A stretch of DNA of 64,000 nt, from NCBI GenBank assembly GCA_031402225.1, contig JANNSD010000034.1, positions 406-64,405 of the forward strand, in the 5' to 3' direction. The first letter of the stretch is position 1; every line of letters begins with the position of its first letter. Positions 18,354 to 27,453 of this stretch are shown one piece after another. The notes under the pieces were generated by a model. It saw nothing but the letters and a program-made list of their open reading frames with translations. It ran no database searches and had not been told where the DNA came from. The position numbers and the translations under genes are program-made. This DNA comes from Gemmatimonadota bacterium (GTDB lineage Bacteria; Gemmatimonadota; Gemmatimonadetes; Gemmatimonadales; GWC2-71-9).

Positions 18354-19292
18354 TCATGCCAGCGACGCCGGGTCAAGATTGGCGCCGCAGACGATGACGG
18401 CCACGCGCTCGTGTGCCACGGGCTGCACGAGCCCGGTCCACAGCGCCGCCAGCGGCAGCGCAGCCGCCGGCTCCACCGCCAGGCGCAGTTCGCGCCACAT
18501 GCGGCGCTGCGCGTCGCCGATCGCGGCGTCGTGCAGCAGGTGCGAAGCGGCGATGAACCCCTGGCGCTGCACCGCCCACGCGATGTCGCCGATGCGCCGC
18601 GCGCCCAGCGAATCGGCAGCGACGCCGGCTACCGCCACGTTCACCGGCATGCCGGCGGCGCGTGCGGCGTGCAGCGTCGGCGCCAGCGCCGGCTCCAGTG
18701 CCTCGACGCGGCAGCGGCCGCCGAACCAAGCCGCGACACCGGCGACGAGGCCGCCGCCGCCGACGCTGACGAGCACACGATCGGGCAGGCCGGCCTCGGC
18801 CTCGATCTCGCCGCCCAGCGTGCCCGCGCCGGCCACGACCTCGGCCTGGTCGTAGGCGTGCATCAGCAGTGCGCCGCTCTCGCACTGGCGCGCCAGGCAG
18901 GCTTCCAGCGCGTCGGGATAAGCGGCGCCGCGGACCACCACGCGCGCGCCGAGCGCCGCCAGCGCCGTGCGCTTGGCCGGGCTGGACACCTCGGGCAGGA
19001 AGACCTCGCAGGCCACCCCCAGCGCCTGCGCCGCGGTGGCCACGGCGATGCCGGCGTTGCCGCCCGAGGCCACCACCACGCCGGCCGCCGGCACGGGCAG
19101 CGAGCGCATGCGGTTGAACATGCCGCGCGCCTTGAAGCTGCCGCCGACCTGCAACTGCTCCAGCTTCAGCCAGACCTCGCCGCAGCGCAGGCCGAGTGCG
19201 GCGCCCGGCAGCCGCCACAGCGGCGTGCGGCGCACGTCGCCGGCGATGCGCGACGCAGCGGCGCGGATGATTTCCGGGGTGGGTGTCGTCAT
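18354..19292 (-). CDS. PLP-dependent threonine/serine dehydratase
   Basis: LKLEQLQVGGSFKARG (PLP-lysine motif), SGGNAGIAVA, VGGGGL. Confidence 0.85.
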   Translation of the reverse strand: MTTPTPEIIRAAASRIAGDVRRTPLWRLPGAALGLRCGEVWLKLEQLQVGGSFKARGMFNRMRSLPVPAAGVVVASGGNAGIAVATAAQALGVACEVFLPEVSSPAKRTALAALGARVVVRGAAYPDALEACLARQCESGALLMHAYDQAEVVAGAGTLGGEIEAEAGLPDRVLVSVGGGGLVAGVAAWFGGRCRVEALEPALAPTLHAARAAGMPVNVAVAGVAADSLGARRIGDIAWAVQRQGFIAASHLLHDAAIGDAQRRMWRELRLAVEPAAALPLAALWTGLVQPVAHERVAVIVCGANLDPASLA

Positions 19293-19559
19293 GCGCGCAT
19301 CCTAGCTACGGTTGATCCATGACTCAACCCACCACCAGCGGCCCTGCACGGGTGCAGCGCGGCGTGCGCATGAACACCGTCAGTCACGAAGCGAACCTGC
19401 CGCTCGCGCAATCGGATGGTCGCACAATCGGATAGTAACCAACAGCAGGCGAGGGCGCGTCGTCGATCGGGAACGACGCGCCGCATCACGGGGGGTACTC
19501 CTCGCGGTCTCGATATACCTGCTCCCGCAGCCTGGGAGATATCGCGCGGACCGGCGATT

Positions 19560-20282
19560 CTACCGTCGCTTGAGGCGTATCGGCATCGTGGCGGCGGCGT
19601 CGCCCGCGCTGCTCAGGGAGCCATCGGAGTTGGCTGCCAGCGGGAGTTGCTCGCCCTCGAACGACACCGTGACGCCGGTCGCCGCCGGCGTGTAGCTGCA
19701 CGGACCCGTCACGGGGCCGACGGAGATGAAGCACTTGCCGGCCGACTGGAACTCGAGCTTCACGCTGCCGTCGGCATTCTCCCAGTTGCCCAGCAGCTTC
19801 GGTAGCGGCGCGTCGCCCAACGCCGCCGAAGACGTGGAAGCAGGGCTCGACGACCTTGTTGCGGCCCCGGACGTCTGCAGGTCCGCGCACTCCACCCAGC
19901 CGACCGTGGTGGCGTTCGCGGTCTTCACCTGGCACCACTTGCCGTTCACCTTCGCCACGCTGCCCTTCTCCCGGATGTTGCCATCGACCCAGCTCACCGA
20001 CTGGCCGACGGGCATCGCCGCGTCCGGCGTGCCCGCGCGCTGCACCAGGCGCAGCTTTTGGGTGTTGACCGGGATCTCCTTGCCGGTGGGCACCCGGATG
20101 ACCACGTATCCCGACGGGTCCGGGCCGGTCACGACCTCGGCCAGCGTGGGCCCGAGGCCGGTCACGATCTCGACCAGGTCGCCCACGCGGGCCTGGTTCT
20201 GCGCCTCCGCGCCGGGGGCGAGGACGGCGCGCGTCACGCCCACCACCAGCACGGAGAAGAGCGTCCTGTGAGCCGCGGCCAT
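19560..20282 (-). CDS. Secreted hypothetical protein with two SH3/Tudor-like beta modules
   Basis: Signal peptide (MAAAHRTLFSVLVVGV...APGAEAQ). Two modules: VGDLVEIV...VVIRVPTGKEIPV and VGQSVSWVDGN...VNGKWCQVK. Confidence 0.5.
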   Translation of the reverse strand: MAAAHRTLFSVLVVGVTRAVLAPGAEAQNQARVGDLVEIVTGLGPTLAEVVTGPDPSGYVVIRVPTGKEIPVNTQKLRLVQRAGTPDAAMPVGQSVSWVDGNIREKGSVAKVNGKWCQVKTANATTVGWVECADLQTSGAATRSSSPASTSSAALGDAPLPKLLGNWENADGSVKLEFQSAGKCFISVGPVTGPCSYTPAATGVTVSFEGEQLPLAANSDGSLSSAGDAAATMPIRLKRR

Positions 20283-20710
20283 TGCATGCCTCCCGGTGAA
20301 TGTCCCAAGCCTCCAGCGCCACGTGCAGCCGCACCGTCAGCCGTCCTCGGGCACCACGGCCTCGCAGGCCGGCCAGACGGTACCTCCCACGCCAGCATTG
20401 CGCAGGATGCGGCCGGGAGCTCGCACGACAGGTGCGGGGCGGAGCGGGAGTCGCGACGCGAGAGTGTCCGACGGCCCCTGGGAACCTGGAGCGGCTGACG
20501 TGCGACCGGGCCGCCAGGGCCGTGACCTACCGCTCCGACAAGGCCGAGGGAATCGCCTTCCCAGAATATGAACCACTTGTCCTCCATCTCCCTGGGTACG
20601 AGACCCCGGCGGAGGAGGTCGGCCTCGTCGGCCGTAAAAGTGGCAGAGTAGGCGAGCGGAGCCGTCGAGCCGAGCGGTAGGGCTTTCCAGGAGTCGCGGG
20701 TTGCGGTCAT
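20234..20710 (-). pseudogene. Probable truncated or frameshifted small gene (MTATRDSWKALPLGS...MEDKWFIFWEGDSL)
   Basis: Good GAGGA RBS plus ATG at 20710, and a protein-like first 55 aa. After that the frame becomes Arg/Pro-rich junk and runs into the next gene. Track ORF 20234..20932 over-extends upstream. Confidence 0.3.
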
Positions 20711-20768
20711 TGAGTCCTCGAGCTCGCCCCTCCCGGGTGTCTGGCCGAAGGATGCAGCCAAACGCTGG

Positions 20769-21233
20769 TTAGACAGCGCGTTTGCGAGATGTGGCCTTCG
20801 GAGTGGTCGTGGTTGGTGCCTTTGCACTATTGGTCGCACTGCTCTTCGCGATGAGGCGAGAGAGGACCGCGGTGTCAACATCAGCCAGGCGACGAATGTA
20901 GAGGCAGCCTCCCCCGACCTTGTGGGCCCCAAGCTGCTTGAGGAGAGCGGCGTGGGCCTTGAGGCCGCCCATGAGATACAGGGTAAGAGCGGCCTCGCGC
21001 GGGGAGAAGGCGACTGGGGGCCAGACGCCGCTCCGACCGCTGCGGCCCTGGTAGATCATCTCGCCATACCCCACGATAGCTGACCCCCACATCGCTGGGG
21101 CTCTCCTGGTGGCCTTGCGGAAGAGGGCAGCGAGGGCTCGGGCGTCCTTGCGGCGGTCGGGATCGTCGAGTGAGGAGAGAAAGGCGCTCACACTGGCCTT
21201 GGTCCGCTGGGTCTTGAGTTCGGCCATGGTCAT
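20769..21233 (-). CDS. DUF1801 (YdhG-like) domain protein
   Basis: MTMAELKTQRTKASVSAFLSSLDDPDRRKDARAL...MWGSAIVGYG...FSPREAALTLYL is the characteristic DUF1801 layout. Confidence 0.7.
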   Translation of the reverse strand: MTMAELKTQRTKASVSAFLSSLDDPDRRKDARALAALFRKATRRAPAMWGSAIVGYGEMIYQGRSGRSGVWPPVAFSPREAALTLYLMGGLKAHAALLKQLGAHKVGGGCLYIRRLADVDTAVLSRLIAKSSATNSAKAPTTTTPKATSRKRAV

Positions 21234-21478
21234 TCGGGGTTGGCGAAAGGTGGAAATGGTCGGGGCGTGAGTCTCGCACGCCGAGCGCTGTCCAACGGCC
21301 GCAAGTCTGCTCCAGCGCACATCATAGAATGCGGCGGGCGGGCGCAGACCGCCAGCCGCCACTGACAGAATGCTTCACACGACACTCGCGCTGTCGGCGC
21401 TCGCGCCGTATACTCGACGGGTCCTCGACCAACCCCGATCGAGATCCCCGTCCACCAGGACTCCCAGCGAAAGGCTCC

Positions 21479-22234
21479 ATGAAGAAGCGCGACCGGTTGG
21501 CTCTGATACGCCGGTTCTACCCGAAGGCTGTCACGACCAACGAGAGTGTCGAAGCGCTCTTCGACCTGTTGGAGTCACGATTCGATCTTGAGCCGCACCA
21601 GATCATGCTCGCCGACAGCATCTGCAGCGACGACGTCAACACCATCGAGTATCCGGCGCGTGCCTACGAGATGCTCGGCCCCTTCAAGATGGGTGGGCTG
21701 GATGGCTTTCCCTTCACCGGCCTGACCGGGATGGCCGCGTTCGCCGGACATGTCCCTGACGATGGTGCGGTGTTCGTCTTCTACGCCCCGCACATCGGGA
21801 TCTCCAAGGCCGGGGTGGTCGGCGAATTGATGCGCATCGGGCAGTCACGCCCGACAGGATGCTGTGGCGCCGCCAAGGGTGCGCTGGCCAGGCTCGTCGC
21901 CGGCCGGATCGTCGCGGGGCACGTCACCGAACTCGATCATCAGATCAACATCATCGAGCAACTCCTCCTCACCCAGCAGCGGCGCGTTCTCTCGGCGCCC
22001 GACCCGCTGCGCGAAGCAACCGAGGTCATATACGAGGCGATACACGAGCGCATCCATACCCTTGTGGATGCGACGACGTACCCATGCCGCTATGTGGTCA
22101 CGGTCGGAGCGATCCTGATCAATGGGGACCACGACGTCGGCTCGTTCGCCGAACCGCGCCATGTGTATGCACGCGACAGCAAGACCGGTGAAACGCTCGA
22201 CCTGTTCGAGGACTACATGCAACGGATGCGCTGA
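21479..22234 (+). CDS. LCIB/LCIC-like protein (limiting-CO2-inducible, beta-carbonic-anhydrase-fold family)
   Basis: Start at MKKRDRL (ATG 21479). ADSICSDDVN, FKMGGLDGFPFTGLTGM, FVFYAPHIGIS and RPTGCCGAAKGAL align by eye with the recalled Chlamydomonas LCIB blocks NLCRDEV, FNTNGLGGVLTCGVTGM, FFAFPHIAIN and SCACGALLA, i.e. the Cys/His/Cys zinc ligands. Confidence 0.65.
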   Translation: MKKRDRLALIRRFYPKAVTTNESVEALFDLLESRFDLEPHQIMLADSICSDDVNTIEYPARAYEMLGPFKMGGLDGFPFTGLTGMAAFAGHVPDDGAVFVFYAPHIGISKAGVVGELMRIGQSRPTGCCGAAKGALARLVAGRIVAGHVTELDHQINIIEQLLLTQQRRVLSAPDPLREATEVIYEAIHERIHTLVDATTYPCRYVVTVGAILINGDHDVGSFAEPRHVYARDSKTGETLDLFEDYMQRMR

Positions 22235-22237
22235 GAG

Positions 22238-23260
22238 ATGCAAACGGGCCACCACTACCCCGCGTTGCAGCTCCTCTTCTGGACACGTCGCGACATTCTG
22301 CAGCATCTCGCCGTCGCCACAGCGATCACCGCGGCGTACGCGGTGTTCGGCTGGCGCTGGCTGGCGATCCCCTGGCTGCCGGTGGCATTGCTCGGCACTG
22401 CCGTCGCGTTCCTCACCGGCTTCAAGAACAACGCGTCGTACGATCGCACGTGGGAAGCGCGCCGGATCTGGGGCGCCATCGTCAACGCCAGCCGCAGGTG
22501 GGGGGTGATGGCGCGCGACTACGTCACGGATCGCGAAGTCAGCGGCGGCACGACACCAGGCGAGGTTGAGGCTGCGCGCCGGGAGCTGTACGACCGCCAC
22601 TTCGCCTGGCTCACCGCGCTGCGCTACGCATTGCGGGAATCGCGGGCATGGGAAGCGATAAATCTGCCGCACAATGCCGAGTACCGGAGGCGCTGGTTCC
22701 AGATCGATGAACAGGAGGGGGAGCTGGGGAGTGCGCTGCTGCCGTATCTGGATCCGACCGAGCACGCGGCAGTGATGACGAGGTCGAACAAGGCCGCACA
22801 GATCCTGGCGCTGCAGTCCGCACATCTCGAGCGCTTGCGGCGGCGCGGCCTGATCGAGGATTTCCGCCACATGGAGATGACGCGCGCACTCGCGGAACTG
22901 TTCACACAGCAGGGGGCGTCGGAGCGGATCAAGAATTTCCCGTACCCGCGGCAGTACGCGACAGTGAACCTGTGGTTCGTGAAGATCTTCGTGGTGCTCG
23001 TGCCGCTTGGAATGCTGCAGGAGTTCGGGAAACTCGGCGGTGAGCTGATCTGGCTTACGATCCCGTTCAGCGCCCTCGCCGGCTGGATCTTCACGACCAT
23101 GGAGAAGGTCGGCGAAGGAACGGAGAATCCGTTCGAAGGCAGCGCGAACGACGTCCCGATCACGCAGATGAGCCGTATGATCGAGATCGACCTCCGGCAA
23201 ATGCTGGGTGACACGGATGTGCCGCCGCCGATCACCGCGGTAAACGGCTTCCTGACCTGA
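22238..23260 (+). CDS. Bestrophin-family (UPF0187/YneE) anion channel
   Basis: GFKNNASYDRTWEARRIWGAIVNASRRW signature; four N-terminal helices. Starts 4 nt after the LCIB-like stop. Confidence 0.85.
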   Translation: MQTGHHYPALQLLFWTRRDILQHLAVATAITAAYAVFGWRWLAIPWLPVALLGTAVAFLTGFKNNASYDRTWEARRIWGAIVNASRRWGVMARDYVTDREVSGGTTPGEVEAARRELYDRHFAWLTALRYALRESRAWEAINLPHNAEYRRRWFQIDEQEGELGSALLPYLDPTEHAAVMTRSNKAAQILALQSAHLERLRRRGLIEDFRHMEMTRALAELFTQQGASERIKNFPYPRQYATVNLWFVKIFVVLVPLGMLQEFGKLGGELIWLTIPFSALAGWIFTTMEKVGEGTENPFEGSANDVPITQMSRMIEIDLRQMLGDTDVPPPITAVNGFLT

Positions 23261-23290
23261 GGAGACCGGAACGGCGGAGATGGAGCGGGG

Positions 23291-23530
23291 TCAGTGCATC
23301 ACCTGCATCTCCATGCCGTCCGTGCTCGCCAGCGTGAAAGCCGTTCCCCGGATCGTCCGCTCCGCGTGCTCCGCGAACTACCCAGTTGCCGGGGGCCGAA
23401 GATGGAGCAGCTTGAAGCGCACGACCAGGAGGCCCGTGGGCACCGTCGAGCCTCTCACGAAGCTGACCGGGTGCCGACGGCGGTTGCTGGCCGCCTTGGC
23501 CGGGTCCCAGGTCAAGTGCAGGTCACCCAT
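23291..23530 (-). pseudogene. BrnT-like (DUF497) toxin remnant, frameshifted and shortened
   Basis: Own translation: MGDLHLTWDPAKAASNRRRHPVSF... matches the BrnT N-terminal F-x-WD-x-x-KA-x-x-N-x-x-KHGVSF. It stops after about 50 codons, the tail continues in another frame, and there is no partner antitoxin. Confidence 0.4.
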
Positions 23531-23654
23531 CGATCAAGTGTATGTACGCTGTATGCACAGCGCGGATTCAGCCGGGTGCAGTTTAACGCCTACCGTTCAG
23601 CTGCAGCCGCATCAAATAAGAGCGCGCGGAGCGAACCCGCAATAGCGCGGCTGT

Positions 23655-23931
23655 CAGATGTCCCGCGGGTGCAGTTCGCCCTGGACGTGCAGAATGGGGC
23701 CGCGCCCATCACCGAGCTGTGCACCGCGTACGGGATTTTGAGGAGTACGGTCTGCCCACGCGCCTCCGCTCGTCCAACGGAGTGCCCTTCGCCTCGCAGG
23801 CGCTCGGGCGGCTCTCCGCCCTCTCTTCAACGCGCCGAACGCTGCGGTCGAGCCCGGCACGCACCCCGGCGAAGGGTGCCAGGTTCAAGGCCGAACTGGC
23901 CGCCCTCGATTCGGCGGCCGCCCGGCGCTGA
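23655..23931 (+). pseudogene. IS481-like (rve integrase-core) transposase remnant with a large internal deletion and frameshifts
   Basis: An HTH-like piece (FALDVQNGAAPITELCTAYGI) is joined directly to FEEYGLPTRLRSSNGVPFASQALGRLSALS (the rve core block F-EYG-P-x-IR-DNG-PF). Downstream pieces are in other frames. Confidence 0.5.
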
Positions 23932-23955
23932 CGGATGCAGCGCGGGTCATGCGCA

Positions 23956-24900
23956 TCACGCGCGCCGACTCCCCTTGGCGATGGCGACGAACGGGTAGAC
24001 GAGCTGCTTGAACGGCACGACGAGGAAACCAAGGGGGCTCGCTCGCTGCTCCATCGGAAACGCGGGGTCCTCGATGCCCGTTCGGGGATATTCCTCCGCG
24101 CTGGCGGACTGCGTCCCGAACAACCGGTCCCAGAACGAGAACATCACGCCGAAGTTGGTGTCCCGGTGCCGCGTCTCGATCGAGTGATGCACCCGGTGCG
24201 ACTGGGGCGTGACGAAGATGAAGCGCAGCGGCCCGAGGTTGGTGCGGATGTTCGCATGATAGAAGCGTGTCTGCCAGGTGGTGAACAGGTTGTAGAGCAG
24301 GAAGGACGGCGCGCTGATCCCGAGCACCAGCAGGGGCAGCATCACGATGGGCCGCGAGATAAGGTACTCGCCGTAGTGGAACCGGAAGTCGGTGAACACG
24401 TTCAGCTGTCGTTGCGAATGGTGCACCGCATGGACCTGCCAGAACCACGGCACCTTGTGCTTTACCCAATGCTGGAACCACCCCAACAGGTCGGACACGA
24501 CCACGCCGAGCGCCAGGCGCGCGCCCTCCGGAAGCTGGGCGATGGACTGCACCCGTAGCCCGCCCAGGTTCGCGTCGTAGGCCTGCTTCAGCATGTGGGC
24601 ATAGGCGACCACCGCGGAGGCCTGAAACGCCAGCCCCAGCACCACCCAGACGCCGTCGTTCAGGAAGCCGACGCTGAAGGTCGGCTGCTCCTCATCCGCC
24701 GGTGCCAGGCGCTCCCACAGCAGGATGCACGCGACGGCCAGCACGAACACGGGACGGAGTACCGTGGCCTGTGCGACGGACACCAGCGTATCGAGCAGCG
24801 CCTCCGGTACACGACCGAGCATCGAGCGGCTCCCTTGTTTCTGGGGCCAGGCGTCCGCCCGAGGCATGGATGGGCGCGGACCGGCTGTCGCAGGTCCCAC
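23956..24900 (-). CDS. Fatty acid hydroxylase / sterol desaturase family membrane enzyme
   Basis: Histidine boxes HWVKH, HAVHHS and HRVHH. Alternative start at M27 (24822). Confidence 0.85.
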   Translation of the reverse strand: MGPATAGPRPSMPRADAWPQKQGSRSMLGRVPEALLDTLVSVAQATVLRPVFVLAVACILLWERLAPADEEQPTFSVGFLNDGVWVVLGLAFQASAVVAYAHMLKQAYDANLGGLRVQSIAQLPEGARLALGVVVSDLLGWFQHWVKHKVPWFWQVHAVHHSQRQLNVFTDFRFHYGEYLISRPIVMLPLLVLGISAPSFLLYNLFTTWQTRFYHANIRTNLGPLRFIFVTPQSHRVHHSIETRHRDTNFGVMFSFWDRLFGTQSASAEEYPRTGIEDPAFPMEQRASPLGFLVVPFKQLVYPFVAIAKGSRRA

Positions 24901-25022
24901 CGCAAGAAATGGCGCACTTGCACGGGCGAGCCGAGGTACCTTCCGGCAGCTGGCGGCGCTGCCTGTTCATTCCGTTTGTTCGGCGGGTCTGGCAGAGACT
25001 GGTCTCCAGGGTGGGGTACGAT

Positions 25023-25046
25023 AGTATGGACCGAAGTATGGACCGA
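25023..25046 (+). repeat. Perfect tandem duplication of AGTATGGACCGA in a divergent intergenic region
   Basis: Two adjacent 12-mers between the desaturase (-) and kinase (+) genes. Confidence 0.8.
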
Positions 25047-25264
25047 GAAGCGACTGGATAGTCAACGGGCGGTGGAGCTCCCCTCCGGCCCCGCGCGTCC
25101 CCGCCCCGCCGGCGGAGGGCACGGCAACGCTCGCGTGGTCGGCGATCGCGCCGTATCTTCGACGCATACTCCACCGACCCCGATCGAAATTCCTGTCCCG
25201 TGACGCGCCTGGGCGTGGATCGCGGGCCGCGCGGTACCTTACCCAGAATACCCCCCGAGCCGGC

Positions 25265-27061
25265 ATGTCCGAACCCCTCGAACGGCTGCGACACGTGCTG
25301 CATGATCGCTACCGCATCGAGCGCGAGCTCGGTGCCGGCGGCATGGCCACGGTCTACCTCGCGCAGGACCTCAAGCACCATCGGCTCGTCGCCTTGAAGG
25401 TGCTCCATCCCGAGCTGAGCGCGTCGCTCGGTGCGGAGCGCTTCCTTCGCGAGATCGCCGTCGCCGCCGGATTGACCCATCCGCACATCCTGCCCGTCCA
25501 CGACTCGGGAGCGGCGGAGGGGATCCTGTTCTACGTGATGCCGTACGTCGATGGGCCCAGCCTGCGTCAGCGCCTCGAGCGTGAAGGCGAGCTGCCCGTG
25601 GCGGACGCTGTGCGCATCCTGCGCGAGGTCGCGGACGCCATGTCGCTCGCCCACCGGCGCGGCATCGTCCACCGCGACCTCAAGCCGGAAAATGTGCTGC
25701 TCTCCGGCGAGCACGCCGTCGTGGCCGACTTCGGGATCGCGAAGGCGCTGCACCTGTCCGGCGAGGGCGACCGCCTCACCGGGACGGGAATGGCCGTTGG
25801 GACGCCGGCCTACATGGCCCCCGAGCAGGCGGCGGCTGATGCCATGACCGACCACCGGGCGGACATCTATGCGCTGGGTGTCCTCGGCTACGAGCTGCTG
25901 ACGGGCGCACCGCCCTTCTTCGGTGGCTCACCCCAGCAAATCGTCGTCGCCCACCTCATGCGCGCGCCCGAGCCCCTCGCGTCGGTGCGTCCGGGAATCC
26001 CGCCGCGGATCGCAGGGGCGGTGATGCGCTGCCTGGAGAAGCGGCCGGCGGACCGCTGGCAGTCGGCGGACGAGTTCCGCCGGGAGCTGGCCGCCGAGTC
26101 GCCGTCGAGCGGGGGCGGCTCGGGCCAGGCGACGGCCACGGTCCCCGGCTACCTGCCGATCACCGAGAACATCTGCCGGAGGTTTGACCGCACGACCTTC
26201 GACCCGCGCATGATCGGCGACCGCCTCCATTACCTGGACAATCAGGTCCGGTCGAACGTGCTGATCCTCCTGATCCAGAACTGGTCGGTCGAGGCCATCG
26301 ATCCGGCTACGACGCTGCCCGGGTCGCCCTACCGGGTGATCGTGCCGACGCTCTACGGATTCGAGCGCGAGCGCCATCCCAGGCTCCCGGTCGGCATTGC
26401 CGACCACATCGTGCTCCTCGAGGCCCTGCTCGACCACCTGACCGCATCGGGAGGCGTGGACGCGGTGATCGCGGTCGGATTCTCGGCGGGCGGTGACCTC
26501 GTGCTGCGGATGGCCGCGGACCAGGGCAGCACCGCTCGGCTCGATGGTTGCCTCGCGCTCGGCCCCAATGTCGGCGTCGAGACGTGCACCGTCTCCGGCG
26601 TGCTCGCCGAGGCGACGAGCAGCGCACCCGAGGTGCTGCTGCCCGCGCTCAACCGCGCGCTCGCCTCGGCGTCGTCCGTCGGGGACTGGCTCGATCTCGC
26701 GGACGACTTCCGCCACATCGTGCACAACTTCGGGGGCGACCTCCGTCCGATCCAGCGCTTCGCGCACGACACCGTCACGCCGTGGCGTGTGGAGGGACCG
26801 GATCTGCTGCTCCGCTGGTATCGGCAAGCCACGGAGGCAGGACGCCTGGTCCGCTGCGTGTTCGAGGACAGCGAGGTGTACCGCAACAGGGCGCGGGAGC
26901 TCCAGTTGCGAAACCTGGACGAAGGCGTGCTCGGCGAGGGCTATCGGCCGGGCTCGATCACGGTGGAACCTGTGGCCCGGCACTTCGAGCTGCTCGACCC
27001 GTCGCTGATCATGCGCCATCTCGACGCCATGGTGGCCGAGCTTCGCGCGGCACCGCAGTGA
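25265..27061 (+). CDS. Ser/Thr protein kinase fused to a C-terminal alpha/beta-hydrolase-like domain; no TM segment
   Basis: GAGGMATVY, VALK, HRDLKPEN, DFG and GTPAYMAPE. The C-terminal half contains VIAVGFSAGGDLVL (a GxSxG nucleophile-elbow-like motif). Confidence 0.9.
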   Translation: MSEPLERLRHVLHDRYRIERELGAGGMATVYLAQDLKHHRLVALKVLHPELSASLGAERFLREIAVAAGLTHPHILPVHDSGAAEGILFYVMPYVDGPSLRQRLEREGELPVADAVRILREVADAMSLAHRRGIVHRDLKPENVLLSGEHAVVADFGIAKALHLSGEGDRLTGTGMAVGTPAYMAPEQAAADAMTDHRADIYALGVLGYELLTGAPPFFGGSPQQIVVAHLMRAPEPLASVRPGIPPRIAGAVMRCLEKRPADRWQSADEFRRELAAESPSSGGGSGQATATVPGYLPITENICRRFDRTTFDPRMIGDRLHYLDNQVRSNVLILLIQNWSVEAIDPATTLPGSPYRVIVPTLYGFERERHPRLPVGIADHIVLLEALLDHLTASGGVDAVIAVGFSAGGDLVLRMAADQGSTARLDGCLALGPNVGVETCTVSGVLAEATSSAPEVLLPALNRALASASSVGDWLDLADDFRHIVHNFGGDLRPIQRFAHDTVTPWRVEGPDLLLRWYRQATEAGRLVRCVFEDSEVYRNRARELQLRNLDEGVLGEGYRPGSITVEPVARHFELLDPSLIMRHLDAMVAELRAAPQ

Positions 27062-27229
27062 GGCGGGGTGACGGTCTTGCGAGGAGCCGGCGATCGTTGG
27101 TGTCGAGGGTTTGACTTCCCTGGTCCCGTCGCGTCGTCCTGCGCCACGCCGGCATCGATGCGCGGCTGAAGCCAGACGAACGCCCGCCGTGATTGGCGGG
27201 CGGCTTGTCCGCGACCTTCTGCTAGAACA

Positions 27230-27367
27230 TCAAGTTGCGATCCACTGTGACGAGGTGAGTGAATCCAGCACTAGCCACTCCAGTAATGTTTGCACCGGGA
27301 CCCGAGTCCCGACGAAAACCAAGGCCCCGCCCATGATCTCGGGGTCTCGGTGAAACGGAAGTGTTGA
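27230..27367 (-). pseudogene. DUF433-like antitoxin-type remnant (last cassette of the array)
   Basis: HRDPEIMGGALVFVGTRVPVQTLLEWL matches the DUF433 core (DP-x-I-x-GG-x-P-x-I-x-GTR-x-PV). No usable start codon and the C-terminal half is missing. An overlapping frame ends ...GFTHLVTVDRNLMF, reminiscent of a PIN/DUF5615 C-terminus. Confidence 0.35.
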
Positions 27368-27444
27368 TCCGGCTGCGGGCCGCGGGGTCTCGGTGGTACC
27401 AATGCCATCGCCCGCGGCCCGGCAGCAGCAAGCGCCTGTTGGCC
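27350..27444 (-). other. attC-like site F (degenerate), downstream of parE
   Basis: On the minus strand: GGCCAAC 10 nt after the parE stop, then a 16-bp stem GCTGCCGGGCCGCGGG / CCCCGCGGCCCGCAGC with one bulged C, then GTTTCAC (27356..27350). Confidence 0.35.
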
Positions 27445-27453
27445 CGCTCAGGG

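Noticed and set aside
19454-19480. 9-bp-stem hairpin GCGCGTCGT-loop-ACGACGCGC downstream of the secreted-protein gene, considered as a terminator or riboswitch part
   Set aside because: There is no adjacent T/U run, and I could recognise no conserved riboswitch motifs in the 19293..19560 intergenic region.
27181-27202. Perfect 8-bp-stem hairpin CGCCCGCC-gtgatt-GGCGGGCG, considered as a terminal attC site or a bidirectional terminator
   Set aside because: It is too short for an attC site and its flanking boxes (GACGAAC, GGACAAG) fit the core consensus poorly. Neither side has a U-tract, so a terminator call is unsupported too. It is left unannotated as a possible array boundary structure.
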